Source: a virus (taxonomy: Duplodnaviria; Heunggongvirae; Uroviricota; Caudoviricetes). From it: a stretch of 64,000 nt of DNA. The stretch lies in IMG/VR virus record IMGVR_UViG_3300023371_000005; one strand, given 5' to 3'. The notes under the pieces were generated by a model. The model made no database searches. It had not been told where the DNA came from and saw only the letters and a list, made by a program, of their open reading frames with translations. The translations under genes and the position numbers were made by a program. This document shows positions 25,756-36,800 of this stretch, piece by piece; positions within the stretch are counted from its first letter, which is position 1, and every line of letters begins with the position of its first letter.

Positions 25756-27885
25756 ATGGCTGATGAAAAATTAAGTTTATTATTTAGAAGAGGTACAATC
25801 GACCAGATTTTAGCTGGCGATAATATTGTTCCTGGTGCCGTTTCTTTCTGTACTGATGAGCCTGGTATTTATCTAGATTTAACTACTGATGAAGGCGGCG
25901 GTGTTGCTAAGAGAGTCCGTGTCGGTGATTTCATCTCTGTTGCTAGCTTTGACGATATCAAGGCTGCTGCCGCAGCTGCTACAGATCCTGACAAAGCTTT
26001 CTCTGAGCATTGCTTATACTACTCTATCCAAGAGAATGCTTTGATGAAGTACAAGAAGAGCGAAAAGACTTTTGTACTTATCAATGATTTAAGTGATGTA
26101 AATGCTGATATTGCGGCCCTTGATGTTAGAATTACTACTAATGAGGGCTATATTAAGACCTTGCAAACTAATTTAGCTACTGAGACTACTCGTGCTACTA
26201 ACGCTGAAGCCGCCCTAAGAAATCGTATTGATGCTTTAACTGGCGGTGGAGATGGCTCTACTGATTCTTTAACCCAATTAAGAGCAGATTTAAATGCTGA
26301 AATTGAGGCTAGAGAAGATGGCGATGAGGCTTTACAAGGCAGTATTACCACTCTAAGTGGACGTGTTAGTACCAATGAGGGTGATATCTCTAACTTAAAG
26401 ACTTTGTTTGGTCAATTACCAGATGGAGTTGCTACTAACATTGTTGATTATGTAAATGCTAAGGTTCTTGCAGAGCAGGAACGTGCAACTGGTATTGAAA
26501 ATGGCTTACGTACCGATGTAGATAAGAATACTGGTAATATCAGTACCTTAACAACTGGTTTGACTGATGAAGCTGCTCGTGCTAAGGCTGCTGAGCAAGC
26601 TAATGCGACTGCTGCTGCTAATGCTCAGTCTAAGGCTGATGAAGCTGCCACAGCTGCCGCCAATGAAGCTTCTCGTGCTATTGGAGTTGAAGGCAAGTTA
26701 AGAACACTTATTACTAACCTAACTAATACTCACACTACTGATAAGAATGCTTTAGAGCAGTCTATTACTGGTTTAACTAGTAGCTTAGCTGCCACTACTG
26801 GTATTGCTAACGATGCTAAGACTCAGTCTGACACTAATAAAGCTGGTTTAGCTCAAGAATTGGTAGACCGTGCCACTGGCGATCAAGCTAATGCTGATGC
26901 TATTGAAGCCTTGGATGGCGAATTGGCCGAAGAAGTCGAAAGACTGGAAGGTTTGATTGGTGAGGCTGGCTCTAGTGCTGATGCTGTTCGGTTGAATTTG
27001 AATAAAGAAATTGCAGACCGTCAAGCAGCTGATCAGGCTAATGCTCAAGCTATCGCTAATGTCGATACTGCTTTAGAACAGGAAAAGACAGCTCGTACTA
27101 ATGCCGATACTGAGTTAGACGGAAAGATTACTACTGTTTCTAATGGTTTGGCTGCAACTGATGGTAAAGTTTCTACTTTAGAAAATTGGAAGACAACTGC
27201 TTCAAAACAAATTAAAGATTTAGAGGATTGGGCAACTGATACTGATGACACAATTCAGCAGGAAGCTCAAGCCCGTCAGACTGCTATCAATAATTTAAAC
27301 AATGCTTTGACTTCTGAAACTGAGGCTCGTGAGAAGAGAGACGAAGAGTTAACTAATTTAATTAGTGCTGAAACCAAGGATCGTGAAGATGCTATTGCCG
27401 ATGCTTTAACTCAGGCTGCTAATACTGCTGACGAAAAAGACCAGGCTTTGCTAGATCTGATTAATGAGAATATGGCTGCCGCAAACTCCATGTCCTTCAA
27501 GGGTAGCGTAACCGGTTATGACAGCTTACCTGCTTCTGGAATCCAGGCTGGTGACACTTACGTTGTAACTACTGCTTTTAGTAACGCTGAAACTGAGCCT
27601 CAGATTGGTGACTTATTGGTTGCTAGAGATGATCAGGCAGACGGTGCTACTTTAGCTGATGCTAATGCTAAGAAGGATTTCTTCATCTGGGTTAAGACTG
27701 GTTATTCTACTTTCAATGATCCTGAATTGGTTGTTGAAGATGCCAAGATCAAGATGAAGAGCCATTTAGGTGAAGTTTTAGGAACTGTTTCTGTTATTTC
27801 TGCTAGCGAGAATATTGTAACTAATATTTCTGGCGAAGGAAAAGACTGCACCGTAAATGTTAGCTTCGTATGGGGAACATTCTAA
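25756..27885 (+). CDS. Coiled-coil fiber protein, 709 aa, no TAG
   Basis: AAGGAGG RBS. Long heptad-like repeats (ATNAEAALRNRIDAL etc). TAA stop. Confidence 0.55.
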   Translation: MADEKLSLLFRRGTIDQILAGDNIVPGAVSFCTDEPGIYLDLTTDEGGGVAKRVRVGDFISVASFDDIKAAAAAATDPDKAFSEHCLYYSIQENALMKYKKSEKTFVLINDLSDVNADIAALDVRITTNEGYIKTLQTNLATETTRATNAEAALRNRIDALTGGGDGSTDSLTQLRADLNAEIEAREDGDEALQGSITTLSGRVSTNEGDISNLKTLFGQLPDGVATNIVDYVNAKVLAEQERATGIENGLRTDVDKNTGNISTLTTGLTDEAARAKAAEQANATAAANAQSKADEAATAAANEASRAIGVEGKLRTLITNLTNTHTTDKNALEQSITGLTSSLAATTGIANDAKTQSDTNKAGLAQELVDRATGDQANADAIEALDGELAEEVERLEGLIGEAGSSADAVRLNLNKEIADRQAADQANAQAIANVDTALEQEKTARTNADTELDGKITTVSNGLAATDGKVSTLENWKTTASKQIKDLEDWATDTDDTIQQEAQARQTAINNLNNALTSETEAREKRDEELTNLISAETKDREDAIADALTQAANTADEKDQALLDLINENMAAANSMSFKGSVTGYDSLPASGIQAGDTYVVTTAFSNAETEPQIGDLLVARDDQADGATLADANAKKDFFIWVKTGYSTFNDPELVVEDAKIKMKSHLGEVLGTVSVISASENIVTNISGEGKDCTVNVSFVWGTF

Positions 27886-27948
27886 TTCGGACAGAAAAGG
27901 ACAATAAATAAGTTGTTATTTTCAAATCCTTATGAAGGATGATTATAT

Positions 27949-27985
27949 GGAGAGGATAATATAATTATCCTCTCCATTTTTTTTA
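27949..27985 (+). terminator. Rho-independent terminator
   Basis: GGAGAGGATAAT-ata-ATTATCCTCTCC 12-bp perfect stem followed by a T-run. Confidence 0.6.
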
Positions 27986-28010
27986 TATTTGGATAGAAAG
28001 GAGAGCAACA

Positions 28011-31000
28011 ATGGTAGATCAAAAAAATGTTTTACAATCTATTGGCGCCCGTGAGACCGGCAATGTTTTTAGACCTGTAAATTGTACTGAGCAAGACATG
28101 AAGAGAAAACGTGCTATTCCAGGCTACTTATACTTCACACAAGATTCTCATAAGATTTATCAAGGCTTAGGCTCTGGTGAATACCAGATGGTCGGCGGCA
28201 GTTCTAGTATTTTCTACGGCAAATATCCTATGACCGATGATGAAAAATACGGAACTAATGTTTTCTTTACTTTCTCTATGACTGAACATATTGAAGGAGA
28301 AAATGTTCCTGCCTTAGATTCTTTGATTTTGAATATACCTGATGGCGGTTTTTACAGAGTATTAAATGTTGATGGTGACGCCATTGCTGTAGAAAGACTG
28401 GCTATGTCTGGCGGCGGTGGAGATAACACTGGTCCTGGCTCTAATCAAAAAGGTAATATTACTATTGAATATTACAATGGCGCTGACGTTGATACTAATA
28501 TCACTATCTTAAATGGTGTTGAGCATTGGATTGAGTTTACTATTACTGCAACTGATGAAGTTGGAGATATCTTAACTGAAACTGGTACCGCAAGTTGGGC
28601 TATTAATGGTAAGACTTATACTCAATCTGTAACTACTGGCTATAATAAATTCAGAGTTGATGAACTTTTACCCATGGCAAAAGATGGTAACTATACTCGT
28701 ATTAACTTGATGGTCTATATGAATACTGGCGGTATCACTGATAACTATGCTAGTAAGCAATGGAATATCCAAAAAGTTGATTTGCGTTTAGAGTGGCCTT
28801 TCACTTATTCTGAAGATGAATATCGTAAAGATTCAACCTTTACTTTAGTATTCAAACCTTTTGGTGGTATTAATTGTACCGCTCATATTACTTTTGACAA
28901 TGGTTCTACTCTAGGACAAGATTACTTCGAGGAAGATATTCCTGCTAATCGCGCAAACGGTAATGAATTTACTACTCAAGCAATGAAGAGTCTGTCTTAT
29001 GGTGAGCATACTTGTTCTATTTATTTGGATGCCACTATCAATGAAGATACTGGAAAGCCAATTACTGTTAGAACACAAGAAATTGTTCATAGAATCACTT
29101 TCACCGAAGGTGGTACTTCTACAATTTTAACCGTCCCATTTGATCAAAAGACTGCTACTCAATATGACACTATTGAGATTCCATTCTTAGTTTATGACCC
29201 AGATACAACTGAATGTAGTGTTACTTTCTCTGTTAATGATAACGTAATTTCTACTCGTAGCTACAACAGAGATAAGCAATCTATTCCTTACACAATTACC
29301 ACTCATGGTACTATTAAGTTAGCTTTAGAGTCTACTAATGGTGATACTAAGAGAGAATTCAATATCACTGTTGAACCTTTGGATTTGAACAGAGAAGAAG
29401 TTAGTGGTGCAGCTTTTAGCTTAAAAGCAATTAATTTCTCTGGTAATGATGAAGTTATTAACTGGGTTGGCGGTAGTGAAACTAAGCCTGTAAGATTGAA
29501 CTTCTCTGATAATTTTGACTGGCGTAATGGCGGTCTAAAATATGAAGTTCTTGCAGATGGAAGCATTGAAAAGTTTATCTGTGTGCGCCAGGGTACTTGG
29601 ATGGAAATTGACTATAAGTTATTTGAAAATTTCAAAACTGGTACTACCGGTGGTAAGAACTTTAAGTTCTGCTTCAAGGCAGCCAACTGTTATGATTATG
29701 AAGCTCCAGTTTTAAGCTGTATCCATTATAATTATAACGAAATTGAATTGACTGAAGATACTTATAGAACTAATAAGTATTATATCCTTTCTGGCTCTGA
29801 TTATATTATTTCTAGAAATCCATTTGATGAAACTGCTACTTATTTTGAGAAAGTAAGAGTCGCTGAAATTGGTCTAGAATTTGATGCTCAGAAAGCAACT
29901 TTCTCTTCTGCTACTTATCCTAATTTCGCAACTCAGTATTGTGAAAACTCTTATATTGAAGTTGAAACTGAAATTTGGCCCAATGTAGGAGATAGACAGC
30001 AAGGTAGTAAAACCGTTTATGGTGATCGCTACTTAATGATTTGGGTTGATGGTGTTCCTGCAGGTGCTAAGCCTTACAGCCAAAACATGGCTTTACAGCA
30101 AAATGATGCTCAAACCATTCGCATTGGTTCTGATTCTTGTGACGTCTATGTATATACCGCAAAAGCATATGAACGTAGATTAACAAATGATGAACATTTA
30201 AATAACTTCGTTATGGATGCTCCTAGCGTTAATAAGATGCTAGAGCGCCATCGCCGCAATGATATTATTGACTCCAGTACCGGCGAAATTTCTTATGAGC
30301 TTTTGGTGCAGAAAAATCCTGGATGCCATGCTTATTTGTATGATATTCCAGAATTAACTACTAATAAAGAAGATAAGATTGATGGCTGTACTTATTATGA
30401 GTTGATTAATGAATATGATAATTTAGGTAAGCCATTTATGAGAGCAGATAAAGTTAGAACTTATGTTCAGGGCACTTCTTCTGCCGCTTATGGTGTTGCC
30501 GCATTTAACTTACGTTCTGATTTTACTAAAAAAGGTAAAATTTATGATAAGAATGGTAATGAAATCCCTGGATGGAGACCTTCTGATGAAGATGAATATA
30601 TTGACATTGCTTGTACTAAAGTTAATGTTGCTTCTTGTGAAAATGCCAATAACGTTGTAAACGCAGAATGGTATAACAGATTCCAGCCTTACTGGGATGC
30701 TCACAGAAGAAAAGGTACTCGTTATGACAGTGATGGTAATTTATTATACAATCCTATGCGTGACTGTATGAAATTCCACTCTGGCGTTGTCTTCTTGAGA
30801 GACCACAATACACAATTCAAATATTTAGATGACAATGGAGATCCTAAGAGTGAAATCTATTTGGAGTCCAATGCATTTATCAACCCAACTAACCCTGATT
30901 GGGAAGCAAAATATGCCGCAGAACCTTATTTTAAGATGTATTCTATCGGCAATATGGGTAATGATAAGAAGAATTTGAATGTTTTCCATGATACTACCAA

Positions 31001-34000
31001 TCCACGTGCGGCCTGTGTCGAAGTTCTAGATAACCAGAACGCAGAACACTGGATGACTATTTTCAATGAAAAAGCTTTTGAAAAAGAAGTTGTAGGTCAG
31101 GACGAAGAAGGTAAAGATATTACCAAGGGTCCATACTATGAGTTCCGTTATGGTCTTGTAGAAAATGAAGACTTGTTAGAAAATGAGCAGGGCATTACCG
31201 TAGAACAACAAGAACAAGATTTCTTGAGACTGGCTGAATGGTTCGCAATGAATGATCCAAGTCCATATGATGAGTTGTCTCACCCCAATGGATATACTGG
31301 TGAAGAATTGCCTGAACCTGTAACCTTTACTGATGATTTTGTGTTTGAAGGCTTCGATCCTCCTGGATACGAAGGCCAGCCAAATCCAACTGAAATTAGT
31401 CTAAAGGGTCAGAAAATTAGTCGTTACAAAGGTACTTATACCCACGACACTAAAGATTATCGTATCGCTAAAATGTTGTATGAATGTGAAGATTACTTGG
31501 TTATGGATTCTGTTGTATTCCATTATTTGTATATCTCTCGTCACACCATGGTTGATAACGTTGCTAAGAACACTTTCTGGAGCACCGAAGATGGATTCCA
31601 CTGGGATCTAACTAAAAACTACGATAATGATACTTCTGATGGTAATGATAATACTGGTAACTTGACTTATACATATGGTCTAGAAGTCGGTGATATTAAC
31701 CCCAATGGTAAAGATGTTTTCAATGCTTCTCCTTCCGTATGGTTGAATTTCATTCATGAATTAAGAGAGGCTCAGCAATATCTATTCCAGGAGTTGAGTA
31801 AGAAGGGTGCTTGGGATGCTGATGATTATCTAGCTGAATTTAAGGCTCACCAAGATATTATTCCCGAAATTTGCTGGATTCAGGACTATGAAAGAAAATA
31901 TATTCGTCCTAGACGCTTAGGTCTTGATGAAACTACTTTCTTAAGTCGTCTAGAGGGTGGTCGTAAGACTCACCAGAGAAAGCAATATGAAACTTATCAA
32001 GAGTTCTATCTGAACTCTAAATATGTTGCAAGTACTGCTTTCACAGACAGTGCTGGTATCGAATTCCGTTTCAATAAAGACGGTGATTTCGCATTGCAAC
32101 CAACTGACGTTCTTCCCATGACTTTCTATATTGATTGTTATGGCACTATCCACTTAGGTGGTCAGAAGAGAACTTCTACTCGTATTAAGAGAGGTAATTA
32201 TTATAATGCCCCTGTCGGTGAATTGATTTCTGCCGCAAGCGATGCTACTTGCTATATTTATGGTGCAAGTATGATTCAAACAATTAAAGACTTGTATAAG
32301 TTGTATCCTGGTTATGCCAAGATGACTAATGCAAGTAAATTGCGTGAATTTGAAATCGGTTCTGATATAGAAGGTTATTATAACCCTCGTTTGAGCGAAG
32401 TTAGCGTTGGTACTAACGCAATGTTACAAAAATTCCAGGCTAGAAATGTCGGTAACCCCGAGAATATTTCTATCCTAAGCTTAACTAACGCAACTCAGCT
32501 AGAAACTGTTCTAATGAGTGGTAGTGCTTTCAAAGAATTGTCTTTGGCTCCTAACGCAACTACCAAAGAACTTGAATTAAACCCATTAGCAATCTTCTCT
32601 GCAACAAATCTTCTTGATTTGGAAACTGTTAGATTGGATGATGGAATTTATGATTCAATTCAGCAGGCTTACATTAATAACTGCCCTGGCTTAGATGTTT
32701 ACACTTATCGCTTCGCAAAAGCTCCTTCTTTAACTAACTATCAATTTACCGATGTAAATTGGGTTATTAATGATGAGACTGAAGATGATTTCGTCTTAGA
32801 TGCCGATAATAATGTTGTAGCCTTTGCCGCTCTTGAAAACTTAACTGATAATAATACTGGTCCTAGACTTGGTACTACTACTGTTACTGCTTTAAGCGGT
32901 ACATTAACAGTTGATAAGGCTTGCGCTATTGATGAATATAAGATTTACAAAACTTATGCAAAAACTTATCCAAACTTGATTTTCAAGTACACTGATAAAG
33001 TTGGTGCTAATTTCAACCCCGCAGTTGAATTAATTTTCTTAACCAATGAAAATTCTGAGGAACAATATTACAGAGTATTGGGTAGCGGTGATACCTCTGG
33101 AGAAAATGCTCACAGTATTGCTTATCTAACTTCCGCACAAGGTCCTTTAGGTTTTGCTATTGGTACTCCTCACAAGGAATCTACTTCTTCTCATGATTTT
33201 GCATTTACTGGCTATTGGATTCATAAAAAGGATAATGTAATTACTAAGTATTACAATACAAAAGATTTGCCAGATGGAGCAGTTCCAGAAGCATCTGCAA
33301 TCTCCTTTGAAGATATTACTCCAACTGAAAGTATGACATTCTATCCAGAGTATATTACTACTGATAGAGAGTACAAAGTTCGCTTCTGCGACTGGGCTGG
33401 TAATATTATCTTACAGAATGGTGAAGAGTATTGGCCTGTTCCTTATGGTAAGACTTACGTCGAGGCCGCAGGTCCAATGACTAATTTCCACTATCGTGAT
33501 AATACAGGTCTACAAGATCATATGAGATGGGCATTCCAAGGTTGGTCTAAGAACCAATACAAGGATAAGGAAATTAAGAATCCTGTTTATGAAGATTTGG
33601 CAACAATGGTAGTTACTAATGATGTGACTTTACATGGTCACTATTTAACTGAAGACTGCCGTGATGTCGCTTCTAAATTGGAATATTTCAATTTCAGCGA
33701 GCGTGGTAAGATCTCAATCGCTGAGGAATATCGTGAAACTTTACAAGGTAAAATTACTTTACCTAGTGAATATGATGGTATCCCTCTAACTCAGGTAAAA
33801 GACTTTAAGAATATGGCTCGTGTTACTCACGTATTCTTCTTGAGAACCAATACTTCTTATACAAGTATTTTCCAACAAGCCTTCGAAGGAGCTTTAGCTT
33901 TGCAATATGTTGATTTGCCTATTGGAATTACTCATATCGGAACATATGCTTTCAAGAGTATCAAGAGTTTAACTACTGTTGATATGAAATCTAATGTTGA

Positions 34001-34481
34001 AGAAATTGGTAGCCAGGCATTCTATGAAACCAACATTAACTTAACTTCTTTACCTGCTAAACTAAAACTTCTAAAGTCTGGTGCATTCATGGATTGTCGT
34101 GAATTGACTTTGTCTGCTTTACCAGCTTCTTTAGAGACTATCGAAAGCCACGTATTTTTCTTATGTCCTAAGATTAGTATTAATCAATTGGGTGGCGGTG
34201 ACGCTAAATTGAGTTATATCGGTATGCAAGCTTTTGGCGGCGGTTCTGGCGCTAATGGCACTGTTACTGATATTTACTTCGGCTCAACGGTTAACTTCAT
34301 TGGTGAAAACGCCTTCAAGGGATATGGTAAAAATGGTCGTGTAAGTACTATTAGCTTTGCTAAACAAAGTGTTGAAGATTATCTAATGACTGATACAGCC
34401 TACCATACTAGTATTTCTACTATGGGATTTGATAATCCTCCTTACACTGAAGTTTGGGATTGGAAAGGAGAAGGTTCTTAA
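28011..34481 (+). CDS. Giant virion-associated protein, 2156 aa, with C-terminal BspA-type leucine-rich repeats. No TAG.
   Basis: RBS AAAGGAGAG. Continuous ORF ending at TAA. The last roughly 250 aa carry repeated motifs typical of BspA/TpLRR: xIGxxAFxxCxxLTSLxLPxxLxxIxxxAF. Confidence 0.6.
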   Translation: MVDQKNVLQSIGARETGNVFRPVNCTEQDMKRKRAIPGYLYFTQDSHKIYQGLGSGEYQMVGGSSSIFYGKYPMTDDEKYGTNVFFTFSMTEHIEGENVPALDSLILNIPDGGFYRVLNVDGDAIAVERLAMSGGGGDNTGPGSNQKGNITIEYYNGADVDTNITILNGVEHWIEFTITATDEVGDILTETGTASWAINGKTYTQSVTTGYNKFRVDELLPMAKDGNYTRINLMVYMNTGGITDNYASKQWNIQKVDLRLEWPFTYSEDEYRKDSTFTLVFKPFGGINCTAHITFDNGSTLGQDYFEEDIPANRANGNEFTTQAMKSLSYGEHTCSIYLDATINEDTGKPITVRTQEIVHRITFTEGGTSTILTVPFDQKTATQYDTIEIPFLVYDPDTTECSVTFSVNDNVISTRSYNRDKQSIPYTITTHGTIKLALESTNGDTKREFNITVEPLDLNREEVSGAAFSLKAINFSGNDEVINWVGGSETKPVRLNFSDNFDWRNGGLKYEVLADGSIEKFICVRQGTWMEIDYKLFENFKTGTTGGKNFKFCFKAANCYDYEAPVLSCIHYNYNEIELTEDTYRTNKYYILSGSDYIISRNPFDETATYFEKVRVAEIGLEFDAQKATFSSATYPNFATQYCENSYIEVETEIWPNVGDRQQGSKTVYGDRYLMIWVDGVPAGAKPYSQNMALQQNDAQTIRIGSDSCDVYVYTAKAYERRLTNDEHLNNFVMDAPSVNKMLERHRRNDIIDSSTGEISYELLVQKNPGCHAYLYDIPELTTNKEDKIDGCTYYELINEYDNLGKPFMRADKVRTYVQGTSSAAYGVAAFNLRSDFTKKGKIYDKNGNEIPGWRPSDEDEYIDIACTKVNVASCENANNVVNAEWYNRFQPYWDAHRRKGTRYDSDGNLLYNPMRDCMKFHSGVVFLRDHNTQFKYLDDNGDPKSEIYLESNAFINPTNPDWEAKYAAEPYFKMYSIGNMGNDKKNLNVFHDTTNPRAACVEVLDNQNAEHWMTIFNEKAFEKEVVGQDEEGKDITKGPYYEFRYGLVENEDLLENEQGITVEQQEQDFLRLAEWFAMNDPSPYDELSHPNGYTGEELPEPVTFTDDFVFEGFDPPGYEGQPNPTEISLKGQKISRYKGTYTHDTKDYRIAKMLYECEDYLVMDSVVFHYLYISRHTMVDNVAKNTFWSTEDGFHWDLTKNYDNDTSDGNDNTGNLTYTYGLEVGDINPNGKDVFNASPSVWLNFIHELREAQQYLFQELSKKGAWDADDYLAEFKAHQDIIPEICWIQDYERKYIRPRRLGLDETTFLSRLEGGRKTHQRKQYETYQEFYLNSKYVASTAFTDSAGIEFRFNKDGDFALQPTDVLPMTFYIDCYGTIHLGGQKRTSTRIKRGNYYNAPVGELISAASDATCYIYGASMIQTIKDLYKLYPGYAKMTNASKLREFEIGSDIEGYYNPRLSEVSVGTNAMLQKFQARNVGNPENISILSLTNATQLETVLMSGSAFKELSLAPNATTKELELNPLAIFSATNLLDLETVRLDDGIYDSIQQAYINNCPGLDVYTYRFAKAPSLTNYQFTDVNWVINDETEDDFVLDADNNVVAFAALENLTDNNTGPRLGTTTVTALSGTLTVDKACAIDEYKIYKTYAKTYPNLIFKYTDKVGANFNPAVELIFLTNENSEEQYYRVLGSGDTSGENAHSIAYLTSAQGPLGFAIGTPHKESTSSHDFAFTGYWIHKKDNVITKYYNTKDLPDGAVPEASAISFEDITPTESMTFYPEYITTDREYKVRFCDWAGNIILQNGEEYWPVPYGKTYVEAAGPMTNFHYRDNTGLQDHMRWAFQGWSKNQYKDKEIKNPVYEDLATMVVTNDVTLHGHYLTEDCRDVASKLEYFNFSERGKISIAEEYRETLQGKITLPSEYDGIPLTQVKDFKNMARVTHVFFLRTNTSYTSIFQQAFEGALALQYVDLPIGITHIGTYAFKSIKSLTTVDMKSNVEEIGSQAFYETNINLTSLPAKLKLLKSGAFMDCRELTLSALPASLETIESHVFFLCPKISINQLGGGDAKLSYIGMQAFGGGSGANGTVTDIYFGSTVNFIGENAFKGYGKNGRVSTISFAKQSVEDYLMTDTAYHTSISTMGFDNPPYTEVWDWKGEGS

Positions 34482-34693
34482 TGACTAAAGATAGAAAATA
34501 CAGATACCTTGGCCGCAATGGTATTTTAGATACTAAGGTCCTTCTAGATGGTATCAATCATATCAATATCGTAACTATCAATGCTGATCCCGGCAAGATT
34601 TTAACTAATGGTGAGCGTACTCAGTACAGCGTCACTGTTGAAGAGGCCGAGGAACATAAGTGGAGAGAAATTACGGACAATACCAAAAAATAA
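34481..34693 (+). CDS. Small hypothetical protein, about 70 aa. ATG overlaps the upstream TAA.
   Basis: ATG 34481 is in frame with track ORF 34454..34693. AAGGAGAAGG precedes it. Confidence 0.4.
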   Translation: MTKDRKYRYLGRNGILDTKVLLDGINHINIVTINADPGKILTNGERTQYSVTVEEAEEHKWREITDNTKK

Positions 34694-34711
34694 GGTTATT
34701 TGATTTTTCAG

Positions 34712-34743
34712 TTCTAGGGAAGGGAAATTCCTTCCCTAGAACA
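34712..34743 (+). other. Perfect 13-bp hairpin GTTCTAGGGAAGG / CCTTCCCTAGAAC without a T-run
   Basis: Inverted repeat seen directly. No U-tract on either strand, so not an intrinsic terminator. Possible RNA stability or processing element. Confidence 0.4.
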
Positions 34744-34769
34744 ATATTATAAAGAAAGGAAGATATAAC

Positions 34770-36782
34770 GTGATTACAGTCTATAATAAAGATTATAAAG
34801 ACCAATATACCGTTCTATTCCAAGACGCATATAACGTTTTATTGGATATGCAGGCTAAAGATCCTCTTGGTGTAAAGATTAATCAGTCTGTTTTGGATAA
34901 AGGCAAAATCAGTTCTCTTGAAGAGTATTTTGCTCATATTGGTTATTTAGCAGATTATCACACTGAAAATATTAGAAATAATCCACCTTCTAATGTTGCA
35001 TATCAAAACTCTGCTAAGTTCTTGATGCTTCCTATGGATGAAAAATACGATGTCAAGTCTGGCTGTTTTTACATTGACCTAAATACTAGAAATATTCAGG
35101 TTCCTGATATTTATAGTAAATATGGTGTTAGTGTTACTGGTGATCAGTTAGCCGAGACTTTGATGTTTAAGGTTCCTCGCTATTTCGATTATACTGACTT
35201 GGCTTCTACTGAAATTTATGTTCAGTGGACTAACCCAGCAGGAGACGAAGGTGCTTCTCGTATTGTCTTAGTTGACTTTGAAGCAGAAGAAGGTTATCTA
35301 TTATTTGGTTGGCCTTTGACCAGTAAGGTTACTGTTGAAGGTAAAAATCCTTTGAAGTTCTCTGTTCGTTTCTTCGTAAGAAATGAAGAGAAAGAAATTC
35401 AGTACAGCTTAAATACTTTGGCTAGTTCTGTTATGATTAAGCAAGCTCTATATACTCATTTCAATGCTGACCTAGACATTGATGATCCATCTTTGTTGTT
35501 TGCGGCCGCAGTTGAAAATGGCGTTGACTCCAACATGACTCTACCTCAGATTCCTGTCTTCTTCTATGATTGGAAATTGGGTAATGACGAAGGAAAAGCT
35601 TTCTTAAAGAATGATGCAATTAAGCTATATGCTAGCGGTGCCACTGCTGATGCAGGTCAGTTGTGCTACAAGTGGTATTATACTCCTCGATTCATCGAAA
35701 ATAATGTCGCTGTAACTAAAGATACTGAAGAAGTTTTCAAGGCTTACGCTGATGTAGATACTATCTTCAAGCCCACAAATGATACTGAAAAAGAAGCTGG
35801 CAAGACTTATTATGTTGAAGAAATCGAAGCTGAAACTGGCAATCAGATTTATACTGTTTTCCTAGGCGATGCTTTTGAAGAGCCAGAAGAGGGAGAAGCT
35901 GCTCCTGTTTATTATGAGCAGGTAAGTGTTTATACCATTTTGGCTGTTGATGATGATGCTGAGGATTTGGGTGCTTCTACTGCGCTAGCACCTAATAAGA
36001 GATATTGGCCTCACGTCACCGGTGAATACAAGCTAACTTTGAACAATCAAGTTGGTAGTAGCAAATCTGCAGAGAGCGTTGATTCTTTGAAGTGCGTAAT
36101 TCCTTGTGTTGAAAAAGTTGAGTTCACCGCAGATTTACCTAAGAACAAAGTTCTATCTACTATTGGCGAAGGCGAAGAGACTGTTAGCCAGGCTATTTTA
36201 ACTGTTACTGTTGATGCAAATGACGGTGCTGAAAAGAGCTATGTATGGTATGAAGCTGCTTCTTCTGACGCTGAATATGTTGAAGTTCCCAATGCTTCTA
36301 ATGCTAGTATGACTGCTACTCAGCCAGGCTGGTATAAAGTTAAGGCTATCGGTACTTTGAACAGAGAGAGTATGTGGAAAGAAAGTTCTGAATGTAAGGT
36401 TACTTATCCTGCTGAAGCTCCTGAAATCGTCAAGTATCTAGTTGATGGTATCGAGTATCCTATTACAGATGATGACCCAACTTTAGAGAATGTTCCTGGC
36501 TTGAATACTCCTATTACCTTCAAGATTGAAATTGAAGAAATGAATGAGTTCCAGACTGACGGTGTCACTTACAAGTGGTTCCGCAATACTCCTAACCAGA
36601 ATGGTACTCCTATTAAGGATTCTGATCTAGATATTATTAGTGTAAATGGCAGTGAAATTACTGTTAAGCTATTAGCTAATAATGACTTGCCTGTTAATAT
36701 TGCCTTCTATTACTGTGAAATCACTAATACTCTAGCAGGAGAAGAAAAGAAAACTACTTCTAAGGTATTCCAGATTTCTTAA
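34770..36782 (+). CDS. Hypothetical structural protein, 670 aa. GTG start, no TAG.
   Basis: RBS AAAGGAAG. Continuous ORF. TAA stop. Confidence 0.5.
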   Translation: MITVYNKDYKDQYTVLFQDAYNVLLDMQAKDPLGVKINQSVLDKGKISSLEEYFAHIGYLADYHTENIRNNPPSNVAYQNSAKFLMLPMDEKYDVKSGCFYIDLNTRNIQVPDIYSKYGVSVTGDQLAETLMFKVPRYFDYTDLASTEIYVQWTNPAGDEGASRIVLVDFEAEEGYLLFGWPLTSKVTVEGKNPLKFSVRFFVRNEEKEIQYSLNTLASSVMIKQALYTHFNADLDIDDPSLLFAAAVENGVDSNMTLPQIPVFFYDWKLGNDEGKAFLKNDAIKLYASGATADAGQLCYKWYYTPRFIENNVAVTKDTEEVFKAYADVDTIFKPTNDTEKEAGKTYYVEEIEAETGNQIYTVFLGDAFEEPEEGEAAPVYYEQVSVYTILAVDDDAEDLGASTALAPNKRYWPHVTGEYKLTLNNQVGSSKSAESVDSLKCVIPCVEKVEFTADLPKNKVLSTIGEGEETVSQAILTVTVDANDGAEKSYVWYEAASSDAEYVEVPNASNASMTATQPGWYKVKAIGTLNRESMWKESSECKVTYPAEAPEIVKYLVDGIEYPITDDDPTLENVPGLNTPITFKIEIEEMNEFQTDGVTYKWFRNTPNQNGTPIKDSDLDIISVNGSEITVKLLANNDLPVNIAFYYCEITNTLAGEEKKTTSKVFQIS

Positions 36783-36800
36783 TAAAGGAGGTCAATAATT

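Noticed and set aside
34454-34480. TTG-initiated N-terminal extension of ORF 34454..34693 overlapping the end of the giant gene
   Set aside because: ATG 34481, with an AAGGAGAAGG RBS and a TAATG stop-start overlap, is the more plausible initiation site.
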